Source: an uncultured bacterium
GTDB lineage: Bacteria; Krumholzibacteriota; Krumholzibacteriia; Krumholzibacteriales; Krumholzibacteriaceae
Assembly (NCBI GenBank): GCA_963786935.1
Contig: CAWBAN010000005.1
Span: 32,001-96,000, forward strand
Direction: 5' to 3'
Length of the DNA stretch: 64,000 nucleotides
Numbering within the stretch: position 1 is the stretch's first letter; every line of letters begins with the position of its first letter. The translations under genes were made by a program, and so were the position numbers. Positions 48,388 to 57,260 of this stretch are shown piece after piece. Under the pieces are notes generated by a model. It was not told the DNA's origin and did no database searches. It saw only the letters and a list, made by a program, of their open reading frames with translations.

Positions 48388-51300
48388 ATGGCAGAAAAAC
48401 AGGCAACGAGAAGTCACTATCCCGAGCTCTCTCCCTTCGCCGAGGCCACGAAGCTCGAAGCCGATATCCTCGCCTTCTGGGAGGCGAACCGCATCTTCGA
48501 GCGCAGCATCGAGGAGCGCCCCGCGTCGAGCCCCTTCGTGTTCTACGAAGGGCCGCCGACGGCGAACGGGCGCCCCGGAGTGCACCACGCCCTTTCGCGC
48601 ACGATCAAGGATCTCGTCTGCCGCTACCAGACGATGAAGGGGCACCGCGTCGTCCGCAAGGCCGGCTGGGACACGCACGGCCTTCCCGTCGAGATCGAGG
48701 TGGAGCACCAGCTCGGCCTCGACGGCAAGGACCAGATCGAGCACTACGGCGTCGCCGCGTTCAACGAGCAATGCCGGAAGAGCGTCTTCAAATATCTCGA
48801 CGAATGGCTCGACTTCACGAAGAAGCTCGGCTTCTGGCTCGATCTCGACGACCCGTACATCACCTTCAAGAACGACTACATCGAATCGGTCTGGTGGATT
48901 CTCAAGCAGTTCTGGGATCAGGACATGCTCTTCGAGGGGCACAAGATCGTCCCGTACTGCCCGAGATGCGGCACGTCGCTCTCGAGCCACGAGGTCTCGC
49001 AGGGGTACGCCGACGTGCAGGATCCCTCGATTTTCATCAAGCTCAAGCTCGTCGACGAGGACGCCTATTTCCTCGTCTGGACGACGACGCCGTGGACGCT
49101 CATCTCGAACGTAGCGCTCGCGGTCGGGCCCGATCACGACTACGTGCGCGTCCGCAACAAGGGGGATGTGCTCATTCTCGCCGAGGCGCTCGTCAACGTC
49201 CTCGACGGCGACACTGAGACTCTCGGCCCGGCGATGAAGGGGCGCGATCTCATCGGCAAGCGCTACGAGCCGTGCTTCCCGTTCTTCGACAAGATGGTCG
49301 ACGCATTCCGCGTCATCGGGACGGACTTCGTTTCGCTCGAGGACGGCACCGGCATCGTGCACATGGCCCCCGCGTTCGGCGAGGACGACTACAACGCCGG
49401 GAAGGCCGAGAATCTCCCGATGATCCAGCCCGTCGACGAGACGGGGCGGTTCACGCCCGAGGTGACGCCGTGGGCGGGGCAGTTCATCAAGGACGCCGAT
49501 CCCGAGATCATCACCGATCTCAAGAAGCGCGGCATCCTCTACCGGAGCGGGAAGATCACCCACTCCTACCCGTTCTGCTGGCGCTGCAGATCGCCCCTCA
49601 TCTACTACGCGCGCCGCTCGTGGTACATCAAGACGACCGCCTTCAAGGATCTCCTCCTCGAGGCGAATTCGAAGGTGCAGTGGTTCCCGCCCGAGGTGGG
49701 GGAGAACCGCTTCACCGCGTGGCTCGAGGGGAACGTCGACTGGGCGCTCTCGCGCGAGCGCTACTGGGGCACGCCGCTCAACATCTGGACGTGCGAGTCG
49801 TGCAAGGAGCGGTTCTGCATCGGCTCCGTCGAGGAGCTCCGCTCGATCGCCGAAGCGTTCCCCGAGGAGTACGATCTCCATAAGCCGTTCATCGACGACC
49901 TCGACGTCGGCTGCCCCGAGTGCGGCGGCAAGATGAATCGCGTGCCGGAAGTGATCGACTGCTGGTTCGATTCGGGCTCGATGCCGTTCGCGCAGTATCA
50001 TTACCCGTTCGAGAACATGGACCTCTTCAAGGGCCAGTATCCGGCCGAGTTCATCAGCGAGGGGGTCGAGCAGTCGCGGGGATGGTTCTATTCGCTCCTC
50101 GTGATCGGCGCCTTCCTCACGAAGCAGAGCCCGTACAAGCGCTGTCTCCCGCACGGGCTCGTGCTCGATGCGGCGGGGCAGAAGATGAGCAAATCGCGCG
50201 GCAACGCCGTCTCGGCGAGCGACGTCCTCGCCTCGGACGGCGCCGACGCGCTCCGCTGGTATATCCTCACGAGCGGCTCGCCGTGGCTCCCGAAGAAGTT
50301 CGATCTCGCGTCGCTCCGCGACGCGGCCAACCGGTTCCTCGGCTCGATCAGGAACCTTTATAACTTCTTCTCGATGTACGCGGAGATCGACGGATTCGCG
50401 CCCCGCGGGGACGTGAAGAGCTCGAACCTCCTCGATCGCTGGATCCTCTCGCGGTACAACACGACCGTGCGCGAGGTCGGCGACATGCTCGACCGCTACG
50501 AGCTGACCCGCGCCGCGCGCGCGATCCAGGCATTCGTCATCGACGAGCTCTCGAACTGGTATCTGCGCCGCAGCCGCCGGCGTTTCTGGAAGAACGAGAT
50601 GTCGGACGACAAGCTCGCCGCGTACGAGACGTTCCACCGGGTGCTCGAGGGGCTCATGCGCCTCTCGGCGCCGTTCGTCCCGTTCCTCGCGGACGCCGTG
50701 TACCGGCGGCTCGGGGGCTCGAAGGAGAGCGTGCACCTCGATCTCTTCCCGACGGTCGACGAATCGGCCATCGACGCCGCCCTCGAGAAAAAGATGGCGG
50801 GCGTGCTGAAGACGGTCTCGGTCGGCCATGCCATCCGCAACAGCGCGCAGGTCAAGGTGCGCACGCCGCTCGCCGAGATCTTCATCCACAGCCCCTACCC
50901 GACCGAGACGGAGTGGCTCGCCGGGGAGGAGTTCGCGTTTCTCGTCAGGGACGAACTCAACATAAAGAAAGCGACGCTCGTTGCCGACCCGGGAGTATAT
51001 GTAAAATATAGAGTTAAGGCTGATTTTGCGAAGCTCGGCAAGCGATTCGGAAAGAGTATGAAAGAGGCGGCCGCGCTGCTCGAGAAGCTGGACGCCGCGA
51101 GCGTAAAGGCGCTCCTCTCCACAGGGGAGACTTCCATAGAACTTGCTGGCAAAAAAGAGGTTATAACGAAGGAAGAGGTACAAATCCTGCAAGAGACGCA
51201 GGAAGGCTTCGTCGCGGGATCGGACGGAGACCTCACGGTCATTGTGGATACGCGCCTCACGCCGGAGCTTCTCAAGGAAGGGACGGCCCGTGAGATCGTC

Positions 51301-51528
51301 AACCGCATCCAGAATCTCCGGAAGGAATCCGGTCTCGAGGTGAGCGACCGCATCGCGCTCTCGTGCCGCGCCCCCGAGGAAGTTTCTGTTGTGCTGCGTG
51401 AGTTTGGTGAGCATATTTGCATGGAAACGCTCGCCGAGCGGCTCGAAGAGGGAGAGAAAGACTGGCCGTTTACAACTGATTTCAAGGCCGGCGAGCATTC
51501 GGTCAAGCTGTGGATCAAACGGCTCTAA
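48388..51528 (+). CDS. ileS: Isoleucine--tRNA ligase (type 2)
   Basis: FYEGPPTANGRPGVHH, GWDTHGLPVE, WTTTPWTL, DWALSRERYWGTP, KMSKS; no C-terminal Zn finger. Confidence 0.98.
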   Translation: MAEKQATRSHYPELSPFAEATKLEADILAFWEANRIFERSIEERPASSPFVFYEGPPTANGRPGVHHALSRTIKDLVCRYQTMKGHRVVRKAGWDTHGLPVEIEVEHQLGLDGKDQIEHYGVAAFNEQCRKSVFKYLDEWLDFTKKLGFWLDLDDPYITFKNDYIESVWWILKQFWDQDMLFEGHKIVPYCPRCGTSLSSHEVSQGYADVQDPSIFIKLKLVDEDAYFLVWTTTPWTLISNVALAVGPDHDYVRVRNKGDVLILAEALVNVLDGDTETLGPAMKGRDLIGKRYEPCFPFFDKMVDAFRVIGTDFVSLEDGTGIVHMAPAFGEDDYNAGKAENLPMIQPVDETGRFTPEVTPWAGQFIKDADPEIITDLKKRGILYRSGKITHSYPFCWRCRSPLIYYARRSWYIKTTAFKDLLLEANSKVQWFPPEVGENRFTAWLEGNVDWALSRERYWGTPLNIWTCESCKERFCIGSVEELRSIAEAFPEEYDLHKPFIDDLDVGCPECGGKMNRVPEVIDCWFDSGSMPFAQYHYPFENMDLFKGQYPAEFISEGVEQSRGWFYSLLVIGAFLTKQSPYKRCLPHGLVLDAAGQKMSKSRGNAVSASDVLASDGADALRWYILTSGSPWLPKKFDLASLRDAANRFLGSIRNLYNFFSMYAEIDGFAPRGDVKSSNLLDRWILSRYNTTVREVGDMLDRYELTRAARAIQAFVIDELSNWYLRRSRRRFWKNEMSDDKLAAYETFHRVLEGLMRLSAPFVPFLADAVYRRLGGSKESVHLDLFPTVDESAIDAALEKKMAGVLKTVSVGHAIRNSAQVKVRTPLAEIFIHSPYPTETEWLAGEEFAFLVRDELNIKKATLVADPGVYVKYRVKADFAKLGKRFGKSMKEAAALLEKLDAASVKALLSTGETSIELAGKKEVITKEEVQILQETQEGFVAGSDGDLTVIVDTRLTPELLKEGTAREIVNRIQNLRKESGLEVSDRIALSCRAPEEVSVVLREFGEHICMETLAERLEEGEKDWPFTTDFKAGEHSVKLWIKRL

Positions 51529-51557
51529 CGCGTCGATCGTTCAAGGAGAATTCGGAC

Positions 51558-52178
51558 ATGCCAATCAAGAAGCTCGTCAAGAAGATCGCGAAGAAAATAA
51601 GCGGCAAGAAGGCCGAGAAGAAGCAGCCGCAGAAAGCCGCGCCGAAAAAGGCGGCTCCGAAGGCTCCAAAGAAGCCCGCCGCCAAGAAGCCGCCCAAGAA
51701 GGTCGAAGCGCGCAAGCCCGAGGTGCGCATGCCGGAGCCGCGCGTACCGGAGCAGCGCAGGCCCGAGCCGAAGAAAAACGAGCCGAAGCGCAAGAGACTC
51801 GGCAAGAAAGAGCTCGAGCACTACCGCGAGCGGCTCCTCGTCGAGCGTGGCCGGATTCTCCGCGAGCTCGGCCGGATCACCGAGGCGATCAACGAGTCGT
51901 CCGAGGAGCAGGACGCGGCGAAGCAGTCCTATTCGAACCACCTCGCCGACATCGGCACCGATTACATGGAGAAGGAAAAGAACTACTACTACGCTGATCA
52001 GGAAGGGCAGTACCTCAAGGCGATCGAGGCCGCCCTCGCGCGCATCGAGAGCGGGGAGTACGGGCAGTGCATGGAATGCCTGGACCTCATCTCCGACAAG
52101 CGTCTCGAAGCGGTGCCCGCCGCGGAGCTCTGCATCGCGTGCAAGGACAAGAAGGAAAAGCTCGAGAGGGGACGTTGA
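51558..52178 (+). CDS. TraR/DksA C4-type zinc finger protein with Lys/Ala/Pro-rich N-terminus
   Basis: NHLADIGTD, AL.RIE.G.YG.CMEC...I...RLEAVP.A.LCIAC; RBS AAGGAG. Confidence 0.92.
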   Translation: MPIKKLVKKIAKKISGKKAEKKQPQKAAPKKAAPKAPKKPAAKKPPKKVEARKPEVRMPEPRVPEQRRPEPKKNEPKRKRLGKKELEHYRERLLVERGRILRELGRITEAINESSEEQDAAKQSYSNHLADIGTDYMEKEKNYYYADQEGQYLKAIEAALARIESGEYGQCMECLDLISDKRLEAVPAAELCIACKDKKEKLERGR

Positions 52179-52181
52179 TCG

Positions 52182-52670
52182 GTGCTCTACTTCGCGATCG
52201 CGGCGCTCGTCGTCATCCTCGACCAGGCCTCGAAGCGGGCCATCTGGGAAATCTACCAGTATAGCGGCGGAACCGACGTCATCGACGGCTTCTTCCGCAT
52301 CTCGCTGAGCAAGAACAAGGGGGCCGTCTTCGGCATCCTCTCGGGCGCCGGGGATCTGCTCCTCGTCGTCAGGATCATTTCGATCGCGGTGCTCACCTTC
52401 TTCGCGTACCGGATGCGGTACGCCCCGGCGCATAAGCGCGTGTGCCTCGGCCTCATCCTCGGCGGGGCGTTCGGCAATCTCATCGACCACATCGCGGCGG
52501 GGGAAGTGCTCGATTTCCTCGACGTCGGGATCGGCATGCACCGGTGGCCCACGTTCAACGTCGCCGACATCGCGGTCACGATCGGCGCCTTGCTCCTCAT
52601 CTTCAGCTACGCCCTGCACCCGGATTCCCCGTTGAAGGAAGTTGAGCCGTCCCCGCGGGAGCAGTCTTGA
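52182..52670 (+). CDS. lspA: Lipoprotein signal peptidase II
   Basis: DQASK, NKGAVFG, GGAFGNLID, VLDF, WPTFNVAD. Confidence 0.95.
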   Translation: MLYFAIAALVVILDQASKRAIWEIYQYSGGTDVIDGFFRISLSKNKGAVFGILSGAGDLLLVVRIISIAVLTFFAYRMRYAPAHKRVCLGLILGGAFGNLIDHIAAGEVLDFLDVGIGMHRWPTFNVADIAVTIGALLLIFSYALHPDSPLKEVEPSPREQS

Positions 52671-53641
52671 CGGACCGGCAATCGTTCGAATTTCTCGTCG
52701 ACGAAGACGACGCCGGAGGGCGCCTCGACTCCTACCTGAGCGCGCAGATCCCCGCGCTCTCGCGCTCGCGGATTCAAAAGGCGCTCGCGGCCGGCGACGT
52801 GCTCGTCGACGGCGCGCCCGCGTCGAAAGCGGCCCGGAAGGTGCGGCAGGGGGAGCGGATCGAGCTGTCCTTCAGCCCTCCCCGGCCGCTCGAGATCGTT
52901 CCCGAGAACATCCCGCTCGATATCGTGTACGAGGACGAGCATCTCGTCGTCGTGAACAAGGCCCCGGGGATGGTCGTCCATCCGGCGCCCGGCCACGAGA
53001 CGGGTACGCTCGTGCACGCCCTCATGGCCCACTGCACCAATCTCTCCGGCATCGGCGGCGTGCTCCGCCCCGGCATCGTGCACCGCCTCGACGCGGGCAC
53101 CTCGGGGCTCCTCGTCGTCGCGAAGGACGACGAGACGCACATCGCGCTGAGCCGCGCGCTCATGGAGCGCTCCGTGAGCCGTCTCTACTGCGCCCTCGTC
53201 TGGGGGGAAATGCCCCAGCGGACGGGCGTAATCGACATGCCCATCGGGAGATCCCCGTCCGATCGGAAAAAGATGGCGGTGGTCGCCGAGGGGGGCAGGG
53301 AAGCCGTGACGACCTACTATGTTATAGACACGTTCGGACCCTTCCAGTATATTAGGCTCAAGCTCGGAACGGGACGGACGCACCAGATCCGCGTGCACCT
53401 CTCGCGGGTCGCTCATCCCGTTCTCGGCGACCCCGCGTACGGCGGGAGACGCGAACGGCGGGGGGGGCTCTCGGGGAAGGCCGCCGCGACGGCGGACAAG
53501 GCGCTCGCGATGATCGACCGGCAGGCCCTCCATGCGGAGGAGCTCACGTTCGTTCATCCCGCGACGGGGAATCCCATGACGTTCAATGCGCCGCTCCCGG
53601 CCGATTTCCGGGCGGTCCTCGATTTCCTGAAGACGGCGTGA
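52667..53641 (+). CDS. rluD: RluA/RluD family pseudouridine synthase
   Basis: S4 domain, VNKAPGMVVHP, IVHRLDAGTSG, TGRTHQIRVH. Confidence 0.93.
   Translation: MTDRQSFEFLVDEDDAGGRLDSYLSAQIPALSRSRIQKALAAGDVLVDGAPASKAARKVRQGERIELSFSPPRPLEIVPENIPLDIVYEDEHLVVVNKAPGMVVHPAPGHETGTLVHALMAHCTNLSGIGGVLRPGIVHRLDAGTSGLLVVAKDDETHIALSRALMERSVSRLYCALVWGEMPQRTGVIDMPIGRSPSDRKKMAVVAEGGREAVTTYYVIDTFGPFQYIRLKLGTGRTHQIRVHLSRVAHPVLGDPAYGGRRERRGGLSGKAAATADKALAMIDRQALHAEELTFVHPATGNPMTFNAPLPADFRAVLDFLKTA
53325..53353 (+). promoter_or_regulatory. Putative internal sigma70 promoter within rluD
   Basis: TAGACA-N17-TATATT in a locally AT-rich patch of a GC-rich gene. Confidence 0.5.
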
Positions 53642-53668
53642 GCGCTGCGCCGTCGGGGAGAGGCGACG

Positions 53669-54013
53669 GTGCGCATCGAATCCCGCGAGAAGAACGGAGT
53701 CGTCATCCTCGATCTGCAGGGAAAGCTCATGGGGGGGCCCGACGCCGAAACCTTCAAGAGCACATTTCATCGGCTCCTCGAGCAGGGCCGCAAGCGCGTC
53801 GTCGTGAACCTGCACGGCGTCGACTGGATCAACAGCACGGGCATGGGCATTCTCATCTCGGGATACACGACGATGCGGCGGGGGGGCGGCGATCTCCGGC
53901 TGCTCCACGTCTCGGACCGGATACGGAGCATTCTCTACGTCACGAAGCTCAACCTGATCTTCAAATGCTTCGAGAACGAAGACGAAGCGGTGGCGAGCTT
54001 CCTGGACGGATGA
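53669..54013 (+). CDS. STAS domain anti-sigma factor antagonist
   Basis: VVVNL.GV.WINSTGMGILI phosphoacceptor region; GTG start. Confidence 0.92.
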   Translation: MRIESREKNGVVILDLQGKLMGGPDAETFKSTFHRLLEQGRKRVVVNLHGVDWINSTGMGILISGYTTMRRGGGDLRLLHVSDRIRSILYVTKLNLIFKCFENEDEAVASFLDG

Positions 54014-54049
54014 TTCGAAGGCAATTCCACGAGGAGGCAACGAGCCGCC

Positions 54050-54496
54050 ATGGCCGGCACAGTCGTTCTTGAGTTTCCGAGCGATTACAAGTTCCTCAAC
54101 GTCGTCGATCTCGTCTGTAACGAGGTGATCCAGAACCTGTGCATCAAGCACGAGGCCGCCAACGAGATCGCGATATCGGTGATCGAGGCGGTCACGAACG
54201 CCATCGAGCACGGAAACCACGAGTGCTGCGACCAGAACGTCCGGATCCAGTTCGAGTGCAAGGAAGACCGCTTCTGCGTCGAGGTCGAGGACTGCGGCAA
54301 GGGCTTCGATTACCAGTGCTTTCTCCAGAACATCCCCGATCCGACGAACGTGGGGCATCTGCGCGGGAGGGGCATCTATATCATGAAGAACATGATGGAT
54401 TCGCTCGATTTCGAGATGGTGCCCGGCCACGGCATGAAGGTCAGGCTCGAGAAAAAGCTGAAACCGAAGGCCGACGGCGACGTTCAAAAGGATTAG
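54050..54496 (+). CDS. RsbW/SpoIIAB-like anti-sigma Ser kinase (HATPase)
   Basis: EAVTNAIEHGN, VED.GKGFD, GRGIYIM..MMD. Confidence 0.92.
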   Translation: MAGTVVLEFPSDYKFLNVVDLVCNEVIQNLCIKHEAANEIAISVIEAVTNAIEHGNHECCDQNVRIQFECKEDRFCVEVEDCGKGFDYQCFLQNIPDPTNVGHLRGRGIYIMKNMMDSLDFEMVPGHGMKVRLEKKLKPKADGDVQKD

Positions 54497-54535
54497 TCGG
54501 GGTCCGCCGCAGCGATATCCAGGCGATTTCCGGAA

Positions 54536-56812
54536 GTGGTTGAAATGGGCGCCTCCTCCTTTCTCGCGAGCTTCTATCTCGTTTGCGGCATCATCATCTT
54601 CTTTCTCGCCGTGATGATCGTGCGGCAATCGTCGAAGAGCACGGCGAGCTGGTTCACGGCGCTCGTGCTCTTCTTCGCGAGCTTCGGACCCATCCTCGGC
54701 GCGGTGAGCTATCTCCTCGCGGCGAATCCCCGCGAAGGCACGCTCCTCTTCAAAAACCTCGTCGAGAGCTTCGACTACGTGTGGGAGTTCTTCTTCCCCT
54801 CGCTCGTGCTCTTCGCACTCGTGTATCCGCGGCGGCACCGCTCGTGGCCGTGGGTTCGCAAGATCGCCTGGATGCTCTTCCTCCCGCACCTGTTCCATCT
54901 CATCCTGCTCATATTCCTCCTGCATCGCGTGAATCCCTCGCGCATGTTCCAGGGGCTCGGCCAGCTCGACGTTCCCTTCGCCGCGGCGAAAGCGCTCCTC
55001 GAGCGATCGGCTGATTTTCTCAACATCTTTTTCTCGCTGCTCTTCAAGGCGCACCAGCAGCTGTTCGCGCTCGTGGACGTCGCGTACGCGGCGTTCGCGA
55101 TGGTGCTCCTCGTGGGCGGCATCCGGTCGGACGTTCCGCCCCGCGTCAAGCGGCAGGTGCGCGTGCTGCTCGTGGGGCTCGGGCTCTGCATCGTCACATT
55201 CGTCTTCGCGGGGCTCGCGCCGGCGCTCGCGGGGGCGGAGGCGCGCGAGGATATCTCGACCGCGCTCATCAACGCGGCGCTCATTATCGGCGGGGGCTCG
55301 ATCGCGTTCGCCATCGTGCGCTACCAGCTCCTCGATATGCGGCTCATCGCGCGGCGCGGCATCCTCTACGTCGCGGCGGCCGCCGTGTTCGCCTCGGTGT
55401 ACCTCCTCATTATCAAAGAGATCACGAGCCTCTTCGGCCGGTTCTCGGGCGGGCGCGTCGAAATCCTCGAGACGGGCTTCATCATCCTCTTCATCATCGC
55501 GTTTCAGCCGGTGCTCGGGCGGATCGAGGAATGGTCCGAGCGATTCCTCGTGCGCGAGCAGCACAGCCCGCGCGCCCGCATCCGCGCGCTGAGCGGCGAG
55601 CTCCTCACGATGATCGACATCGCCGCCATCAAGGAGCGCCTCGGCGCCGTGCTCGCCGACGTGTTCGAGGCGAAGGACGCGCGGCTCGTCGTCGCCGAGG
55701 AGGTTCTGAAGGAGAGCGGGGGGGACGCGGACGTCCGCACGGTGTTCGACACGCTCGCCGGCATCGGCGAGCCCGTCACGCGCTCCGATCTTCTCGAATC
55801 GCTCGGATTCCTGAGCGCGCGGAAGAACTACCGGCAGAGCAGGCGGAAGAAACACGCGGACGAGATCGCGGCGACGCTCCCCGCCGGCATGCGGCGGTTC
55901 GCCGGCTGCGATCTCCTCGTGCCGATCACGCACGACGCGGAGTGCGTCGCGGCGATTCTTCTCGGTGCGCGTCCCCAGCAGGATCGCTACAACGCCGAGG
56001 AACGCGCGCTCCTCTCGATGCTTGCCTCGCAGGTCGCGGCCTCTCTCCACAACATCGCGCTCCTCAAGGAAGTGGTCGAGAAGCGGGTCATGGAGGAGGA
56101 GCTCAACATCGCCCGCTCGATCCAGCTCAAGCTGCTTCCGTCCGAACCGCCGGAGCTCGAGCGGTTCGAGGTGGCGGCGCTGAGCGTTTCGAGCAAGCAG
56201 GTCGGCGGCGACTACTACGATTTCCTTCGCCGGGGCCCCTATCTCGCCATCGCCGTCGCGGACGTGTCAGGAAAGGGATTCCCCGCTTCGCTCCTCATGG
56301 CCACGCTGCAGGCGAGCCTCCGATCGAACCTCGACCGGATGGAGTACCCCGTCGAGCTCGTCGGGAAGCTGAACGACATGATGTGCGAGGCGACGACGGA
56401 GGACAAATTCGCCACGCTGTTTTACGGCTGCCTCGACATGGATCGGAACGTTCTCCTGTACACGAACGCCGGGCATGTCTTTCCGACGTTCCTCAGCGCC
56501 GGCGGGCGCGTCGAAACGCTCGATTACAGCGGGCTCATCCTCGGCGTCCTGCCCGGATTCCAGTACGAGCGCTTCGAGCGTACCCTCGAGCCGGGGGACA
56601 CGCTCGTCGTGGTCAGCGACGGCGTGACCGAGGCGACGAACGACGCCGGGGAGTTCTACGGCGAGGAGCGCCTGAGCGCCTTGCTCCCGTCGCTGCACGG
56701 GAGGCGCGCGTGCGACGTGCGCGACGGGATCATCGAGAGCGTCAGGGAGTTCTCCGGCCCGAAGGGCGCCGGGGACGACGTCACGATTCTCGTGCTCCGC
56801 AGGAAGGTGTGA
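54536..56812 (+). CDS. Membrane-bound SpoIIE/RsbU-type PP2C phosphatase
   Basis: About 8-9 N-terminal TMs, GAF-like region, VGGDYYD, ADVSGKG, NAGH, SDGVTEA, DDVT. Confidence 0.92.
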   Translation: MVEMGASSFLASFYLVCGIIIFFLAVMIVRQSSKSTASWFTALVLFFASFGPILGAVSYLLAANPREGTLLFKNLVESFDYVWEFFFPSLVLFALVYPRRHRSWPWVRKIAWMLFLPHLFHLILLIFLLHRVNPSRMFQGLGQLDVPFAAAKALLERSADFLNIFFSLLFKAHQQLFALVDVAYAAFAMVLLVGGIRSDVPPRVKRQVRVLLVGLGLCIVTFVFAGLAPALAGAEAREDISTALINAALIIGGGSIAFAIVRYQLLDMRLIARRGILYVAAAAVFASVYLLIIKEITSLFGRFSGGRVEILETGFIILFIIAFQPVLGRIEEWSERFLVREQHSPRARIRALSGELLTMIDIAAIKERLGAVLADVFEAKDARLVVAEEVLKESGGDADVRTVFDTLAGIGEPVTRSDLLESLGFLSARKNYRQSRRKKHADEIAATLPAGMRRFAGCDLLVPITHDAECVAAILLGARPQQDRYNAEERALLSMLASQVAASLHNIALLKEVVEKRVMEEELNIARSIQLKLLPSEPPELERFEVAALSVSSKQVGGDYYDFLRRGPYLAIAVADVSGKGFPASLLMATLQASLRSNLDRMEYPVELVGKLNDMMCEATTEDKFATLFYGCLDMDRNVLLYTNAGHVFPTFLSAGGRVETLDYSGLILGVLPGFQYERFERTLEPGDTLVVVSDGVTEATNDAGEFYGEERLSALLPSLHGRRACDVRDGIIESVREFSGPKGAGDDVTILVLRRKV

Positions 56813-56816
56813 AGCG

Positions 56817-57260
56817 GTGGCTCGATCGGACCGGAAAACGGCGCGCGTGCTCGCGATCGATCCCGGGACGAAGCGCGTCGGCCTCGCCGTGAGCGATCCG
56901 CTCGGGATGACGGCGCAGGGGATCGACACGTACGTGGAGACGCCGGGAAAGGATCTCCTCGATCATCTCGGCGCGCTCATCGAGCGGTACGGGATCGAGG
57001 CGGTCGTCGTGGGGCTCCCGCTCTCCATGCAGGGGAAGGATATCGAGGGTTCGGTCCGCTCGCGCGCGCTCGCCGAGCGGATCGCCGGCCGCTTCGGCCT
57101 CGCCGTGCGGCTGATGGACGAGCGCATGACGAGCCTCGAGGCCGAGCGGGTGCTGCGGAGCGGCGATCGCGAATTCGTCCGCGGCGACATCGACAAGCTG
57201 TCGGCGATGCTGCTGCTCCAGAGCTATCTCGACGAAACGCCGGAAAGGCCGGAACGATGA
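56817..57260 (+). CDS. ruvX: YqgF/RuvX pre-16S rRNA nuclease
   Basis: LAIDPGTKRVGLAVSD, VVGLP, DERMTS, D.LSA..LLQSYL. Confidence 0.95.
   Translation: MARSDRKTARVLAIDPGTKRVGLAVSDPLGMTAQGIDTYVETPGKDLLDHLGALIERYGIEAVVVGLPLSMQGKDIEGSVRSRALAERIAGRFGLAVRLMDERMTSLEAERVLRSGDREFVRGDIDKLSAMLLLQSYLDETPERPER

Noticed and set aside
48313..56050. 1061-aa and 1147-aa antisense ORFs opposite ileS and rluD-PP2C
   Set aside because: Mirror frames of well-supported genes
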